Source: an uncultured Planctomycetia bacterium
Lineage (GTDB): Bacteria > Omnitrophota > Gorgyraeia > Tantalellales > Tantalellaceae
Assembly (NCBI GenBank): GCA_964572255.1
Contig: CAZNEE010000001.1
Span: forward strand, 395,587-459,586
Direction: 5' to 3'
Length of the DNA stretch: 64,000 nucleotides
The position numbers and the translations under genes were made by a program. The notes below the pieces were generated by a model, which worked only from the letters and a program-made list of their open reading frames with translations, was not told the origin of the DNA and made no database searches. The first letter of the stretch is position 1; the number at the start of each line of letters is the position of its first letter. This document shows, piece by piece, positions 29,399 through 38,013 of this stretch.

Positions 29399-31325
29399 AA
29401 GAAGGTTCCTCTAAAGGGAGTTCTTCTTCAGGGAGCTCCTCTACAGAAATTTCTTCTGCAGGAATAACGGGAACTTCTCCTACAGGGACAACGGGTTTGC
29501 CTTCCAATTCATTAAGCCGGGTTTGAAGATATCCCGATTTTGGATCGAGAGATATGGCCTTTTCCAAGAGGGTGATCGCTTTTTCCTTATCTCCCATTTT
29601 TAAGTGCACTTCAGCAAGAGTGTCGATAAAAGTAGGAAAGTTGTTTGACAGTTCAACTGCCCGCTCGGCGTATTTTAAAGCAGCATCTAAATTTGTCCCT
29701 TTCTGCGCGTAATCCCAGGCCAGGTTGTTCAGGGAAGCCGGCATATCCGGATTGATGGCGATAGCTTTTTCATAACAGACGATCGCATTATCCCGATCAT
29801 CTTGCTTGCCGTAAACCATTCCCAGGGATTCCCAGGCCCTGTTAAAATCGGGATATGTTGCAGTAAGTTCCACAAGCTCTTTTTTCGCCAGGTCGAGCCG
29901 GGCATTGCGAAAGTAGAGCTGCGCCAGGGTGAGCTTTACCACCTTGTTATTTGGATCTTTATCCAGGAGGTCCTTAAAAAAAGTTATCATCGAGTTTATA
30001 TCTCCGCCCTTAAACCTGACGGGCCCGAAAAGAAAATTCTTAAAATACTGTATTTTTTCTTTGGGATCCGCGCCTTTATCCAGTATTTTTATAAGTTCGG
30101 GTCTTTTTTTCTCAAGATATTCCATCAATCCGCTTTTTAATTCCGAAGCTTTTTCCGGGTTCTCGCCGGCGATATTTTTAAGTTCGTGAGGGTCATTTTC
30201 AAGATCATATAGTTCAGCTTCGGGGAGTTCGATATATTTAAAACCGTCAAGAATCAAGCCCACCACAGGCGCCCAGCCGAAGTTATAATAACCTTCCAGA
30301 GATTCAAGGTAAATAGATCTGGACCGGACTTTTTCTTCCTTTTCTTTCATGAGTTCCAGAAGACTTCCGCCGTCGAATTCTTCATCCGCATAGCTGATAT
30401 TGATAATATCCAGGATCGTGGGGGCAATATCCGGATTTGAAGCAGGGGTCTTGATCTTTTTGGCTTTAAGATCTTCCGGGAACTTTATGATGAGAGGGAC
30501 TCTTACAGTCGCATCATACAGAAATATACCGTGAGTCGGTTCCCCGTGTTCATTTAGACTTTCACCGCTTGTCGCGGTGAATATTATGATAGTGTTGTCG
30601 CTCAGGCCTAATTTCTCTATTCCGTCCAGAAGTTTCGAAACTTCGTCATCTAACAGCAAAATTTGCCTGTCATAAGGAAAATCGTCTTTCGCCTTTTCAA
30701 AAGTTTCAGGCACCTTGTAGGGGAATTGGGGGATAGGGTAGCTTACCCATATAAATGCGGGATCTCCTTTTTCGTTAGATTCCTTAAGTATTTCCAGCAC
30801 GCCATCTGTCAATTTATTCCAGCGTTCGGGAAGTTCTTCCTGGGGGAGATCTTCCATGACACCTTCAAATAGGTCAAATTCCTTATCATATCCAAATCTT
30901 TTCATGAAAGTAGTGTTAAGCATAACCGCGGCTCTGGTATATTCTTTTGTTTTTAAATATTTTCCCAAAGTGTTATAAGAATCATCAAGATCAAAAGCAT
31001 CTCCGCGTTTGGAAATGACCGAACCGCCGTTTTTCCCGCTAAAGATCGTCGCATAACTATAAAAAGGAACGGGGGCGTTGCAGTATACATTTTCAAATAA
31101 AACACCGTTCTCTGCAAGTTTGTCTATGGATCCTGTTTTTACATGCTCATAACCGTAAGAGCTCAAGTGGTCCGGTCGTAAGGAGCCTGCGGTTATCAGG
31201 AGGATGTTCGGTTTATCATATGAGACTCTAACTTTAGAAGGTATCTTTGAGTAGAGGAATACGGCGGCAGAGATGACCGCCACGATCAGAATTATAATAA
31301 AGATAGTTTTTAAAAGTTTGCCCAT
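29385..31325 (-). CDS. Membrane-anchored sulfatase-like domain plus TPR repeats (catalytic residues degenerate)
   Basis: ATG 31325 after SD GGGGGAG; N-terminal TM; PNILLIT, DNTIIIFT, RVPLIIK, ELYDL..DP.E; TPR-like NNLAWDY...DTLAEV; the track's longer start runs through repeat B2. Confidence 0.85.
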   Translation of the reverse strand: MGKLLKTIFIIILIVAVISAAVFLYSKIPSKVRVSYDKPNILLITAGSLRPDHLSSYGYEHVKTGSIDKLAENGVLFENVYCNAPVPFYSYATIFSGKNGGSVISKRGDAFDLDDSYNTLGKYLKTKEYTRAAVMLNTTFMKRFGYDKEFDLFEGVMEDLPQEELPERWNKLTDGVLEILKESNEKGDPAFIWVSYPIPQFPYKVPETFEKAKDDFPYDRQILLLDDEVSKLLDGIEKLGLSDNTIIIFTATSGESLNEHGEPTHGIFLYDATVRVPLIIKFPEDLKAKKIKTPASNPDIAPTILDIINISYADEEFDGGSLLELMKEKEEKVRSRSIYLESLEGYYNFGWAPVVGLILDGFKYIELPEAELYDLENDPHELKNIAGENPEKASELKSGLMEYLEKKRPELIKILDKGADPKEKIQYFKNFLFGPVRFKGGDINSMITFFKDLLDKDPNNKVVKLTLAQLYFRNARLDLAKKELVELTATYPDFNRAWESLGMVYGKQDDRDNAIVCYEKAIAINPDMPASLNNLAWDYAQKGTNLDAALKYAERAVELSNNFPTFIDTLAEVHLKMGDKEKAITLLEKAISLDPKSGYLQTRLNELEGKPVVPVGEVPVIPAEEISVEELPEEELPLEEPSSSGQ

Positions 31326-31403
31326 TTCTCCCCCCTTAATTGTTGATACATTGTGTATACCATAAAAGGCGATGCGAGTCAAATAGTTGATGAGAATCTC
31401 AAT

Positions 31404-31488
31404 ATTAAAGTGAGTGGTAGGTACCTTTCGTGGGCCCCTCCGCCCGGTGTGGATCCTCCCACTCAAGGCACCTACCACTCGCTTTAAT
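31404..31488. repeat. Palindromic element, family B, copy 2
   Basis: Same 29-nt core (31432-31460) inside different 24-bp inverted arms (22/24 match). Confidence 0.9.
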
Positions 31489-31541
31489 TAAGAAGATCCA
31501 CTGCTCGCTTCGATGGCGGGTGAAAAAGATCATGAAAAAAT

Positions 31542-31569
31542 TTGACAATGGAAAATTATATGGCATACT
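31542..31569 (+). promoter_or_regulatory. Putative promoter for the riboswitch/PEP-CTERM transcript
   Basis: TTGACA, 16-bp spacer, CATACT. Confidence 0.5.
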
Positions 31570-31607
31570 TTAAGAGATAGCAAAGTAAGATTAGAAATGT
31601 GTTTTTA

Positions 31608-31678
31608 TTACGAATCGTAAACCATTCGAAAGAGTGGGGCACAAAGCCAGGGGGCGTAAGGCCGGCCGGCTACCGTTT
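31608..31678 (+). ncRNA. c-di-GMP-I (GEMM-I) class riboswitch aptamer, variant
   Basis: GTAAACCATTCGAAAGAGTGGGGCACAAAGCC...GGCTACCG matches the GEMM-I core (GYAAAC, P2 with GAAA tetraloop, CRCAAAGC, GYTACCG); in a 5' UTR ahead of a terminator. Confidence 0.8.
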
Positions 31679-31730
31679 TAACACTGTCGTAAAGTGTTGA
31701 TTGGGAAAACCCATTCTTTTGGATTTATGT

Positions 31731-31762
31731 CCCAACCTTACGATAGGTTGGGTTTTTGTTTA
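31731..31762 (+). terminator. Intrinsic terminator, riboswitch expression platform
   Basis: CCCAACCT-TACGAT-AGGTTGGG followed by TTTTTGTTT, just before the RBS. Confidence 0.75.
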
Positions 31763-31776
31763 TTAGGAGACTGAAG

Positions 31777-32397
31777 ATGAAAGAAACATGCGATCTTATC
31801 ATTATATTGCTGATGACTATACTGCTCGGGGGTGTTGCGTTCGCGTCCGAAAGTAAACCGGATCTGTACGAGATCACCGGTTACGAAGGAACGCAAGGGA
31901 TCGTTTCATCAGATTATGAAAAGTTAAATACTACAAAAGCGGAAACTGTTTTTCAGATACTGTTGGAAGACGCGGGCTATTGCGACGAAAATATTTTTGG
32001 TATTTACAGTTTTACTGATATTGATGGGATGATAACTGTGGATGTTATGCATCAAATATTCAAAGGGACAGATGCCCCGGGTAGTGAGAAAAACATCTAC
32101 CCCGGGATAAATTCTGAGATAGGGTTTTATCTCACAACACCGCAAGGCTATACGTATTATAGCCATACGTCTTTGAATCCCGATCGAGAGCAGCACATGC
32201 TGCTGTTCTCTTATTCTGATGTCAGCGATTCTGAGAGTTTTGTTGTTGCATGTGAGGACCTGTATGGTTTGGGTGACTGCGATTATAATGATCTTGTTGT
32301 TAAAGCAAGCGACGTACAAGGCAATCCCGAACCGGCTACAATATTATCGTTCTTCCTAGCCGGACTTGGTCTGGCATTTAGAAAAATGAGAAAATAA
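31777..32397 (+). CDS. Secreted PEP-CTERM sorting-domain protein (DUF4114-like acidic domain)
   Basis: SD AGGAG; signal peptide ending AFA; EDLYGLGDCDYNDLVV; C-terminal NPEPATILSFFLAGLGLAFRKMRK. Confidence 0.85.
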   Translation: MKETCDLIIILLMTILLGGVAFASESKPDLYEITGYEGTQGIVSSDYEKLNTTKAETVFQILLEDAGYCDENIFGIYSFTDIDGMITVDVMHQIFKGTDAPGSEKNIYPGINSEIGFYLTTPQGYTYYSHTSLNPDREQHMLLFSYSDVSDSESFVVACEDLYGLGDCDYNDLVVKASDVQGNPEPATILSFFLAGLGLAFRKMRK

Positions 32398-32417
32398 TCA
32401 TTTTTCTCATCACCACT

Positions 32418-32455
32418 AAAAGCCCGCTATGCAAAAGCATAGCGGGCTTTATTAT
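32418..32455 (+). terminator. Intrinsic terminator
   Basis: AAAGCCCGCTATGC-AAAA-GCATAGCGGGCTTT. Confidence 0.85.
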
Positions 32456-32513
32456 TCAGTTGGTTCACAAAAGAAAAAGAAGATTCTTTTCCCCTGAGAA
32501 TTATTAATTATAA

Positions 32514-32581
32514 ACAGCCGTTTAAACTATTTCTCGCAGGGACGTCAAAATTTCCCAGCGAGAAACAGTTCAAACGGCCGT
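32514..32581. repeat. Palindromic element, family A, short copy
   Basis: 24-bp arms (21/24 match) around AGGGACGTCAAAATTTCCCA; core shared with 9114-9153. Confidence 0.85.
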
Positions 32582-32623
32582 AATAATGGATAATGTCAAA
32601 TATCTCGCTGATTTTGCTTTTTA

Positions 32624-32696
32624 AAGTGCAGTATGTTTCCGTACAGGGAGGATCCACACCGGGCGGAGGGGCCCTGGTAGGAAATATACTGCACTT
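32624..32696. repeat. Palindromic element, family B, copy 3 (reverse orientation)
   Basis: GGGAGGATCCACACCGGGCGGAGGGGCCC (32646-32674) is the exact reverse complement of the core; 17-bp arms. Confidence 0.9.
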
Positions 32697-32750
32697 CTGA
32701 ATAAACATAAAGTCAGAATTTTTTTTGACATTATGCCTCAACGAATGTTA

Positions 32751-32779
32751 TTGACAAAAAAAACAATATTTGTTACCAT
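32751..32779 (+). promoter_or_regulatory. Sigma70-type promoter for the mre operon
   Basis: TTGACA, 17-bp spacer, TGn-TACCAT. Confidence 0.65.
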
Positions 32780-32853
32780 TTTTATCGGCTTAATGGCTGT
32801 CTATATAAAAATAATTTTTAAGATAAGTTATTATAGTAAGGGATTGGGGCGTT

Positions 32854-33915
32854 ATGATTCTTAAAAAAGTTTCAAATTGGCTTGAAAATCTTGTAGGCGT
32901 TTTTTCCTCGGATATGGGCATAGATCTCGGCACCGCGTCGACACTTGTCTATATCAAGAACGAAGGCATAGTCCTCTGCGAACCTTCCGTTGTAGCGGTT
33001 GAAGCCGGGACATCCACAGTGCTTGCGGTGGGCGAGGAAGCTAAGCGCATGCTTGGCAGGACCCCGGGAACTATTGTCGCGATAAGACCGATGAGAGACG
33101 GCGTTATCACGGATTTTGAAGTCACCGAAAGCATGCTCAGATATTTCATCAAGAAAGTTCATCACTCCCGCAGTTTTGTCCGCCCCCGGATCGTGGTTGC
33201 GATACCTTCCGGCATCACAGAAGTTGAAAAACGCGCCGTGAAAGATTCAGCTCTTCATGCGGGCGCCAGAGAAGTTTTCATGATCGAGGAACCCGTGGCA
33301 GCTTCCATCGGAGTAGGCCTTCCGATACAGGAACCTTCAGGCAACATGATAATAGATATAGGCGGCGGCACGACAGAAATGGCCGTTATATCACTTGCCG
33401 GCGTGGTATTCTCCAAATCTATCCGCATAGGCGGCGATGAAATGGATGAAGCTATCATGAACTATTTGAAGAGAACTTATAATCTCATGGTGGGAGAGAG
33501 GACGGCCGAGGAAATAAAGATCAGGATCGGTTCCGGTTATCCTATGGAAGAAGAGCTTACCATGGAAGTAAGAGGCCGGGATCTTGTTGCCGGATTGCCG
33601 AAGATGATAACGATAACAAGCGAAGAGGTCCGTGAAGCTCTTGCGGAACCTATTGCGCAGATAATAGAAGCTGTAAGGATAACTCTGGAGAGGACTCCCC
33701 CGGAACTTTCAGCTGATCTGATCGAAAAAGGTTTGATCCTCGCGGGGGGCGGTTCGCTCCTGAGAGGGTTGGATAAACTTATATCAGAAGAGACAGGCCT
33801 TCCGGTCCATCTTGCGGATGACCCTTTAACAGCGGTTGTTTTAGGTACAGGCAAGGTTTTAAGTGAGCTTAAGTACCTGAAGAGGATAACGGTCGGGCCT
33901 AAACTTCACAAATAG
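32854..33915 (+). CDS. mreB: Rod shape-determining protein MreB
   Basis: [23 protein letters not shown] intact actin motifs. Confidence 0.98.
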   Translation: MILKKVSNWLENLVGVFSSDMGIDLGTASTLVYIKNEGIVLCEPSVVAVEAGTSTVLAVGEEAKRMLGRTPGTIVAIRPMRDGVITDFEVTESMLRYFIKKVHHSRSFVRPRIVVAIPSGITEVEKRAVKDSALHAGAREVFMIEEPVAASIGVGLPIQEPSGNMIIDIGGGTTEMAVISLAGVVFSKSIRIGGDEMDEAIMNYLKRTYNLMVGERTAEEIKIRIGSGYPMEEELTMEVRGRDLVAGLPKMITITSEEVREALAEPIAQIIEAVRITLERTPPELSADLIEKGLILAGGGSLLRGLDKLISEETGLPVHLADDPLTAVVLGTGKVLSELKYLKRITVGPKLHK

Positions 33916-33931
33916 TTTATAGACATTCGAT

Positions 33932-34711
33932 GTGCCTAAAGGAAAATTCCGAAAAAATAAAAGACAAGCACTCATCGTTTTCGCGGCAGCGATCGTTCTA
34001 TTGCTGTTCCTGACCACACCGCTTTTTTCCCATTTTAAAAGATTTTCTCTCAAAGTTTTTTTGTTTCCCGTCAAGGTAATGTCTCAAGTGGGAAAGTATT
34101 TTTCCAGCAAAGATCTTCTGATGGAGGAGAACCAGGCTCTCAGAAAGAGAGTCGCGGACCTTTCGATCGAAATAGTTCGTTCACAGGATCTTAAAAGAGA
34201 GAATGAACGGCTCAGGGGACTTTTAAATTTTCAAAATAAATTCGATTTCGAGACCGTTTCAGCTGAAATAATAGCAAGAAATCCCAACGATTGGTTAGGA
34301 TCGATAGTTATCAACAAAGGGTCAAATGATGGTGTCAGGATAAATTCCGCGGTATGTTCCGCGAACGGCCTTATAGGAAAGATCGTTGATGTTAACAGGG
34401 ACACGAGTTCAGTAATGCTCATGACACATCCCGGTTTTAAAGCGGGGGGGATGATAAAAGATACAAGGGTGAATGCTATCGTGGTAGGCGGCGGCAAGGA
34501 TGCCTTGGAGATGATGTACATACCCCTTGAGGCGGATGTTTATAAAGGTTCGATCGTTGTAACTTCAGGTTACAGCCGTATATTTCCCAAAGGCATAAAG
34601 ATCGGCACGATAGCTTCTGTCGAGAAAAGCAAGACAGGTCTTTATAAGCATGCCGTTATAAAACCCTCCGCGAGTTCTGTTGGCCTGGAAGAAGTTCTTT
34701 GCGTTAAATAA
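33932..34711 (+). CDS. mreC: MreC
   Basis: TM, coiled coil ENERLRGLL, INKGS, TSG..IFPKGI. Confidence 0.93.
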   Translation: MPKGKFRKNKRQALIVFAAAIVLLLFLTTPLFSHFKRFSLKVFLFPVKVMSQVGKYFSSKDLLMEENQALRKRVADLSIEIVRSQDLKRENERLRGLLNFQNKFDFETVSAEIIARNPNDWLGSIVINKGSNDGVRINSAVCSANGLIGKIVDVNRDTSSVMLMTHPGFKAGGMIKDTRVNAIVVGGGKDALEMMYIPLEADVYKGSIVVTSGYSRIFPKGIKIGTIASVEKSKTGLYKHAVIKPSASSVGLEEVLCVK

Positions 34712-34732
34712 TTTGCTTCGCAATCACTGGAC

Positions 34733-35209
34733 ATGGACACACGAAAATATTTATATTCACTATTGGTCTCTTCCGTTCTTATTCAAGTAACGGCGACGAA
34801 ATATTTCGCCTGCTTTCCGGATCTTATTATTGCCGCTGTAGTGTTCACGGGTATCTTTTACGGCTTGGGCAGGGGATTTGAGCTTGGGCTTGCAGCGGGC
34901 ATTCTTAGAGGCATTTTTTCAGCAGAGACAATATCAGTAGATGTACTTATCCTTCCCGCGGTGGGCATGATCTCAGCGTTGCTTGCGCGCATGGTCTACC
35001 GTCACAATCCCTTTGTGCAGCTGGTAATAACTTTCGTTGCGGTCTTCATGACCGTTCTGTTCCATACAGTTTATCTGAATTTGATATACGGAAATGATCT
35101 TAATTATTTGTCGGTTTTTGCTAAAAGTTGGCGCCCCATTGCGGCAACTGTCTTTTTTTCGCCGTTTCTTTTCGCCTTTCTGAAAAGATCATTAAAAGTA
35201 GAATCGTAG
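34733..35209 (+). CDS. mreD: MreD
   Basis: Hydrophobic 158 aa, PDL motif, between mreC and mrdA. Confidence 0.8.
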   Translation: MDTRKYLYSLLVSSVLIQVTATKYFACFPDLIIAAVVFTGIFYGLGRGFELGLAAGILRGIFSAETISVDVLILPAVGMISALLARMVYRHNPFVQLVITFVAVFMTVLFHTVYLNLIYGNDLNYLSVFAKSWRPIAATVFFSPFLFAFLKRSLKVES

Positions 35210-35210
35210 T

Positions 35211-36929
35211 ATGCGGATCAGGATATTCACTCTTATATTGGTTTTTTGCCTGGCATTTTTGCTGGTGGGATTATTCTCTTTTCAAGTGTTACGGCATGAT
35301 AATTACCGTGTTATGTCCGAGGAGAACAGGCTCAAAGTCACGCCTCTTATGGCTCCAAGGGGGAACATCTACGACAGGAACGGCAAGTATCTGGTAAAGA
35401 ACAAGTTAAGTTTTAATCTATGCGCGGTTTACAATCAGATAAAAGACATAGATGCGTTATCCGGTGTTCTGTCTTTGGTGCTTGATACGGATCAGGATAA
35501 GATAAAAGAAAATATAACCAGGGGAAAGAGGAATCCGTACACTCCTTTTTGCATAGCTTCGGATATAGGGGTTGAAAAAGCGATCTATCTGGAAGAGATA
35601 AGCAATGACTATCCCGGTCTTTTCGTTGACGTTTCCGCTAAGCGGGAATATGTAAATGGGGGGAGCGCTTCGGCCGTCATAGGATATCTGGGGCTCATAA
35701 ACCAGCCTGAATTTGAAAGGCTGAAACATTACGGATACAGGATAGATGATCTTGTGGGAAGGGACGGAGTTGAAAAATATTATGATAATTACTTAAGAGG
35801 CGTACACGGAGGTAAACAGGTAGAGGTCGATCATCTCAGCCGGGAATTGAGGGTTTTGGGATACAAGGAACCAATACCCGGCAAGGATATTTACCTGACT
35901 TTGGATGCGGAACTTCAGGAGTATTGCGATCAATTACTGGAAGGAAAAAAAGGCGCTATTATTGTCATGGACTCTAATACGGGCGCGATACTCGCGCTGG
36001 CGAGCGCTCCCGTATATGATCCCGGGGTTTTTATCGATAGAAAACGTTCCGAGGAACTGAAACATATACTCGGGGATGAGGATTATCCGCTTATCAACCG
36101 CGCCATTTCAGGTGCTTATCCGCCCGGTTCCGTGTTCAAGGTTGTTATTGCGTCTGCCGGTCTTGAGCTTAAAAAAATAGATCTCGAAAGTTCGTTCAAT
36201 TGTGACGGTACTTTAGTCCTGGGAAGAAAGGTATTCAGGTGCTGGTATGAAAAAGGGCACGGCGTTCAGACGATAAAAGAAGCCTTAAAAAATTCCTGTA
36301 ATGTGTTTTTTTACCGGCTCGGGCTTCTTCTCGGGGTTGATAACATAGCGGGGTTTTCATCAAAATTCAATTTGGGCGATCCCACGGGGATCGATCTGCC
36401 CGGAGAAAAGGGAGGCGTTCTGCCTTCGCGCAAGTGGAAAAGAAAAAATCTTAACGATAAATGGTATAAGGGAGAGACCGTCAATTATGCCATAGGCCAG
36501 GGATACCTTCTTTGCACGCCGCTTCAGATAGCAAGAGTGATGGCGGTTTTTGCGAATGAAGGCATTCTTTTAAAACCATATGTGGTATCAAAAGTGGGGA
36601 ATATTGACGTGAGGCCGGACGGCGAGACGAATATTGAGATCTCCCGGGAAACTATCGAGATCGTAAGGGACGGCCTTAAGAAAGTCGTGAATGATCCCAG
36701 GGGCACGGGGATGAAAGCAAAGTTGGAAGATGTTGTAGTCGCGGGCAAAACCGGTACGGCGCAGACATCACGGGGTAAAAGCCATGGGTGGTTTGCGGGT
36801 TTCGCGCCTTTTGAGGATTCGAAAATAACGGTTGTAATTTTTGACGAGTATGGAGGAAAGGGAGGATATTACGCCGCGCAGACTGCGGGAAAAGTATTCA
36901 AGAAAGCCAAATCGTTGGAGTTGATATAA
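35211..36929 (+). CDS. mrdA: Penicillin-binding protein 2
   Basis: APRGNIYDR, YPPGSVFK, SCN, KTGT. Confidence 0.94.
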   Translation: MRIRIFTLILVFCLAFLLVGLFSFQVLRHDNYRVMSEENRLKVTPLMAPRGNIYDRNGKYLVKNKLSFNLCAVYNQIKDIDALSGVLSLVLDTDQDKIKENITRGKRNPYTPFCIASDIGVEKAIYLEEISNDYPGLFVDVSAKREYVNGGSASAVIGYLGLINQPEFERLKHYGYRIDDLVGRDGVEKYYDNYLRGVHGGKQVEVDHLSRELRVLGYKEPIPGKDIYLTLDAELQEYCDQLLEGKKGAIIVMDSNTGAILALASAPVYDPGVFIDRKRSEELKHILGDEDYPLINRAISGAYPPGSVFKVVIASAGLELKKIDLESSFNCDGTLVLGRKVFRCWYEKGHGVQTIKEALKNSCNVFFYRLGLLLGVDNIAGFSSKFNLGDPTGIDLPGEKGGVLPSRKWKRKNLNDKWYKGETVNYAIGQGYLLCTPLQIARVMAVFANEGILLKPYVVSKVGNIDVRPDGETNIEISRETIEIVRDGLKKVVNDPRGTGMKAKLEDVVVAGKTGTAQTSRGKSHGWFAGFAPFEDSKITVVIFDEYGGKGGYYAAQTAGKVFKKAKSLELI

Positions 36930-36931
36930 AT

Positions 36932-38008
36932 ATGGGAAGAGTTGACAAATTAATGCTTTTGGTGGTTTTTCTGATCACGATCCTTGGAGTTGTGTTCATT
37001 TACAGCGCGACCTGGGACAGGGATAATAGCGGTATAACTCTTAATAAATTCGTGATGAAGCAGTGTTTGTTCGTTGTGATCGGGTTCATTCTTCTTTTTA
37101 TCATAATGAACGCGGATTACATGAAAATGCTGGATTTCGCGTATCTTGCATACGCGATAAACCTGGCCGCGCTTCTTTTTCTTTTGATCTTCGGCGGTGA
37201 GCGTTTCGGCGCAAAGAGATGGATAAGTTTAGGTCCTTTCTCCCTCCAGCCTTCGGAATTCGTAAAGATAACCGTTATATTCGCGCTCGCCATATTTTTG
37301 GGAGATAGGAGAGAAAAAATAGGGACGGTTAAAAATTACTTTTACTCCATCGGCATTGTTTTGCCTGCTTTTATCCTGATCTTCCTCCAGCCGGATCTCG
37401 GGACGGCCTTTGTTCTTATCCCTATTCTTCTTGCTGTTCTTTTTATTTGCGGCGAAAGAGTGAAGTATATGGCTTTTACTGTTTTAGCGGGGCTTGCAAG
37501 CATGCCGATCTTCTGGAGTTTCCTTAAGAGTTATCAGAAGAACCGTCTCTTGGTATTTTTGAACCCGAATATAGATCCTTTGGGAGCGGGGTATACCATC
37601 ATACAGTCCAAAATAGCGATCGGGTCGGGAGGCATTCTCGGAAAAGGCTGGCTTGCCGGAACCCAGAGCCATCTTAAATTTTTGCCTGAACGGCATACAG
37701 ATTTTATTTTTTCGGTTATAGGGGAAGAATGGGGGTTCGTCGGCGGAGTGATACTGATCCTTCTTTATACGTTCGTGATAATGCGCGGGATAAGGATCAT
37801 AAACAACACCGATGATATCTACGGAAGGGCCATTGCAACGGGCATAGTCACTTTATTGGCTTTTCAGGTCCTTGTTAATATAGCGATGACCATAGGGCTC
37901 ATGCCGGTCGTGGGTCTGCCTTTACCGGCGATAAGCTACGGCGGTTCAAATACCGTGACATTTCTCATAGCCATGGGATTTCTTTTAAATGTGGGGCGAA
38001 GAGCGTAA
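36932..38008 (+). CDS. rodA: RodA (SEDS)
   Basis: QPSEF, DPLGAGY, LPERHTDFIF, SYGGS. Confidence 0.95.
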   Translation: MGRVDKLMLLVVFLITILGVVFIYSATWDRDNSGITLNKFVMKQCLFVVIGFILLFIIMNADYMKMLDFAYLAYAINLAALLFLLIFGGERFGAKRWISLGPFSLQPSEFVKITVIFALAIFLGDRREKIGTVKNYFYSIGIVLPAFILIFLQPDLGTAFVLIPILLAVLFICGERVKYMAFTVLAGLASMPIFWSFLKSYQKNRLLVFLNPNIDPLGAGYTIIQSKIAIGSGGILGKGWLAGTQSHLKFLPERHTDFIFSVIGEEWGFVGGVILILLYTFVIMRGIRIINNTDDIYGRAIATGIVTLLAFQVLVNIAMTIGLMPVVGLPLPAISYGGSNTVTFLIAMGFLLNVGRRA

Positions 38009-38013
38009 AGATA

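Noticed and set aside
31326-31478. N-terminal extension of the sulfatase-like ORF
   Set aside because: Reads through repeat B2; the SD and TM anchor point to ATG 31325
20309-32696. Family A/B repeats as CRISPR repeats, tRNAs or terminators
   Set aside because: Dispersed with no spacer periodicity or cas genes, no cloverleaf or T-loop, no consistent U-tract
32508-32741. 77-aa minus-strand ORF
   Set aside because: Composed of repeat A and B sequence; no coding support
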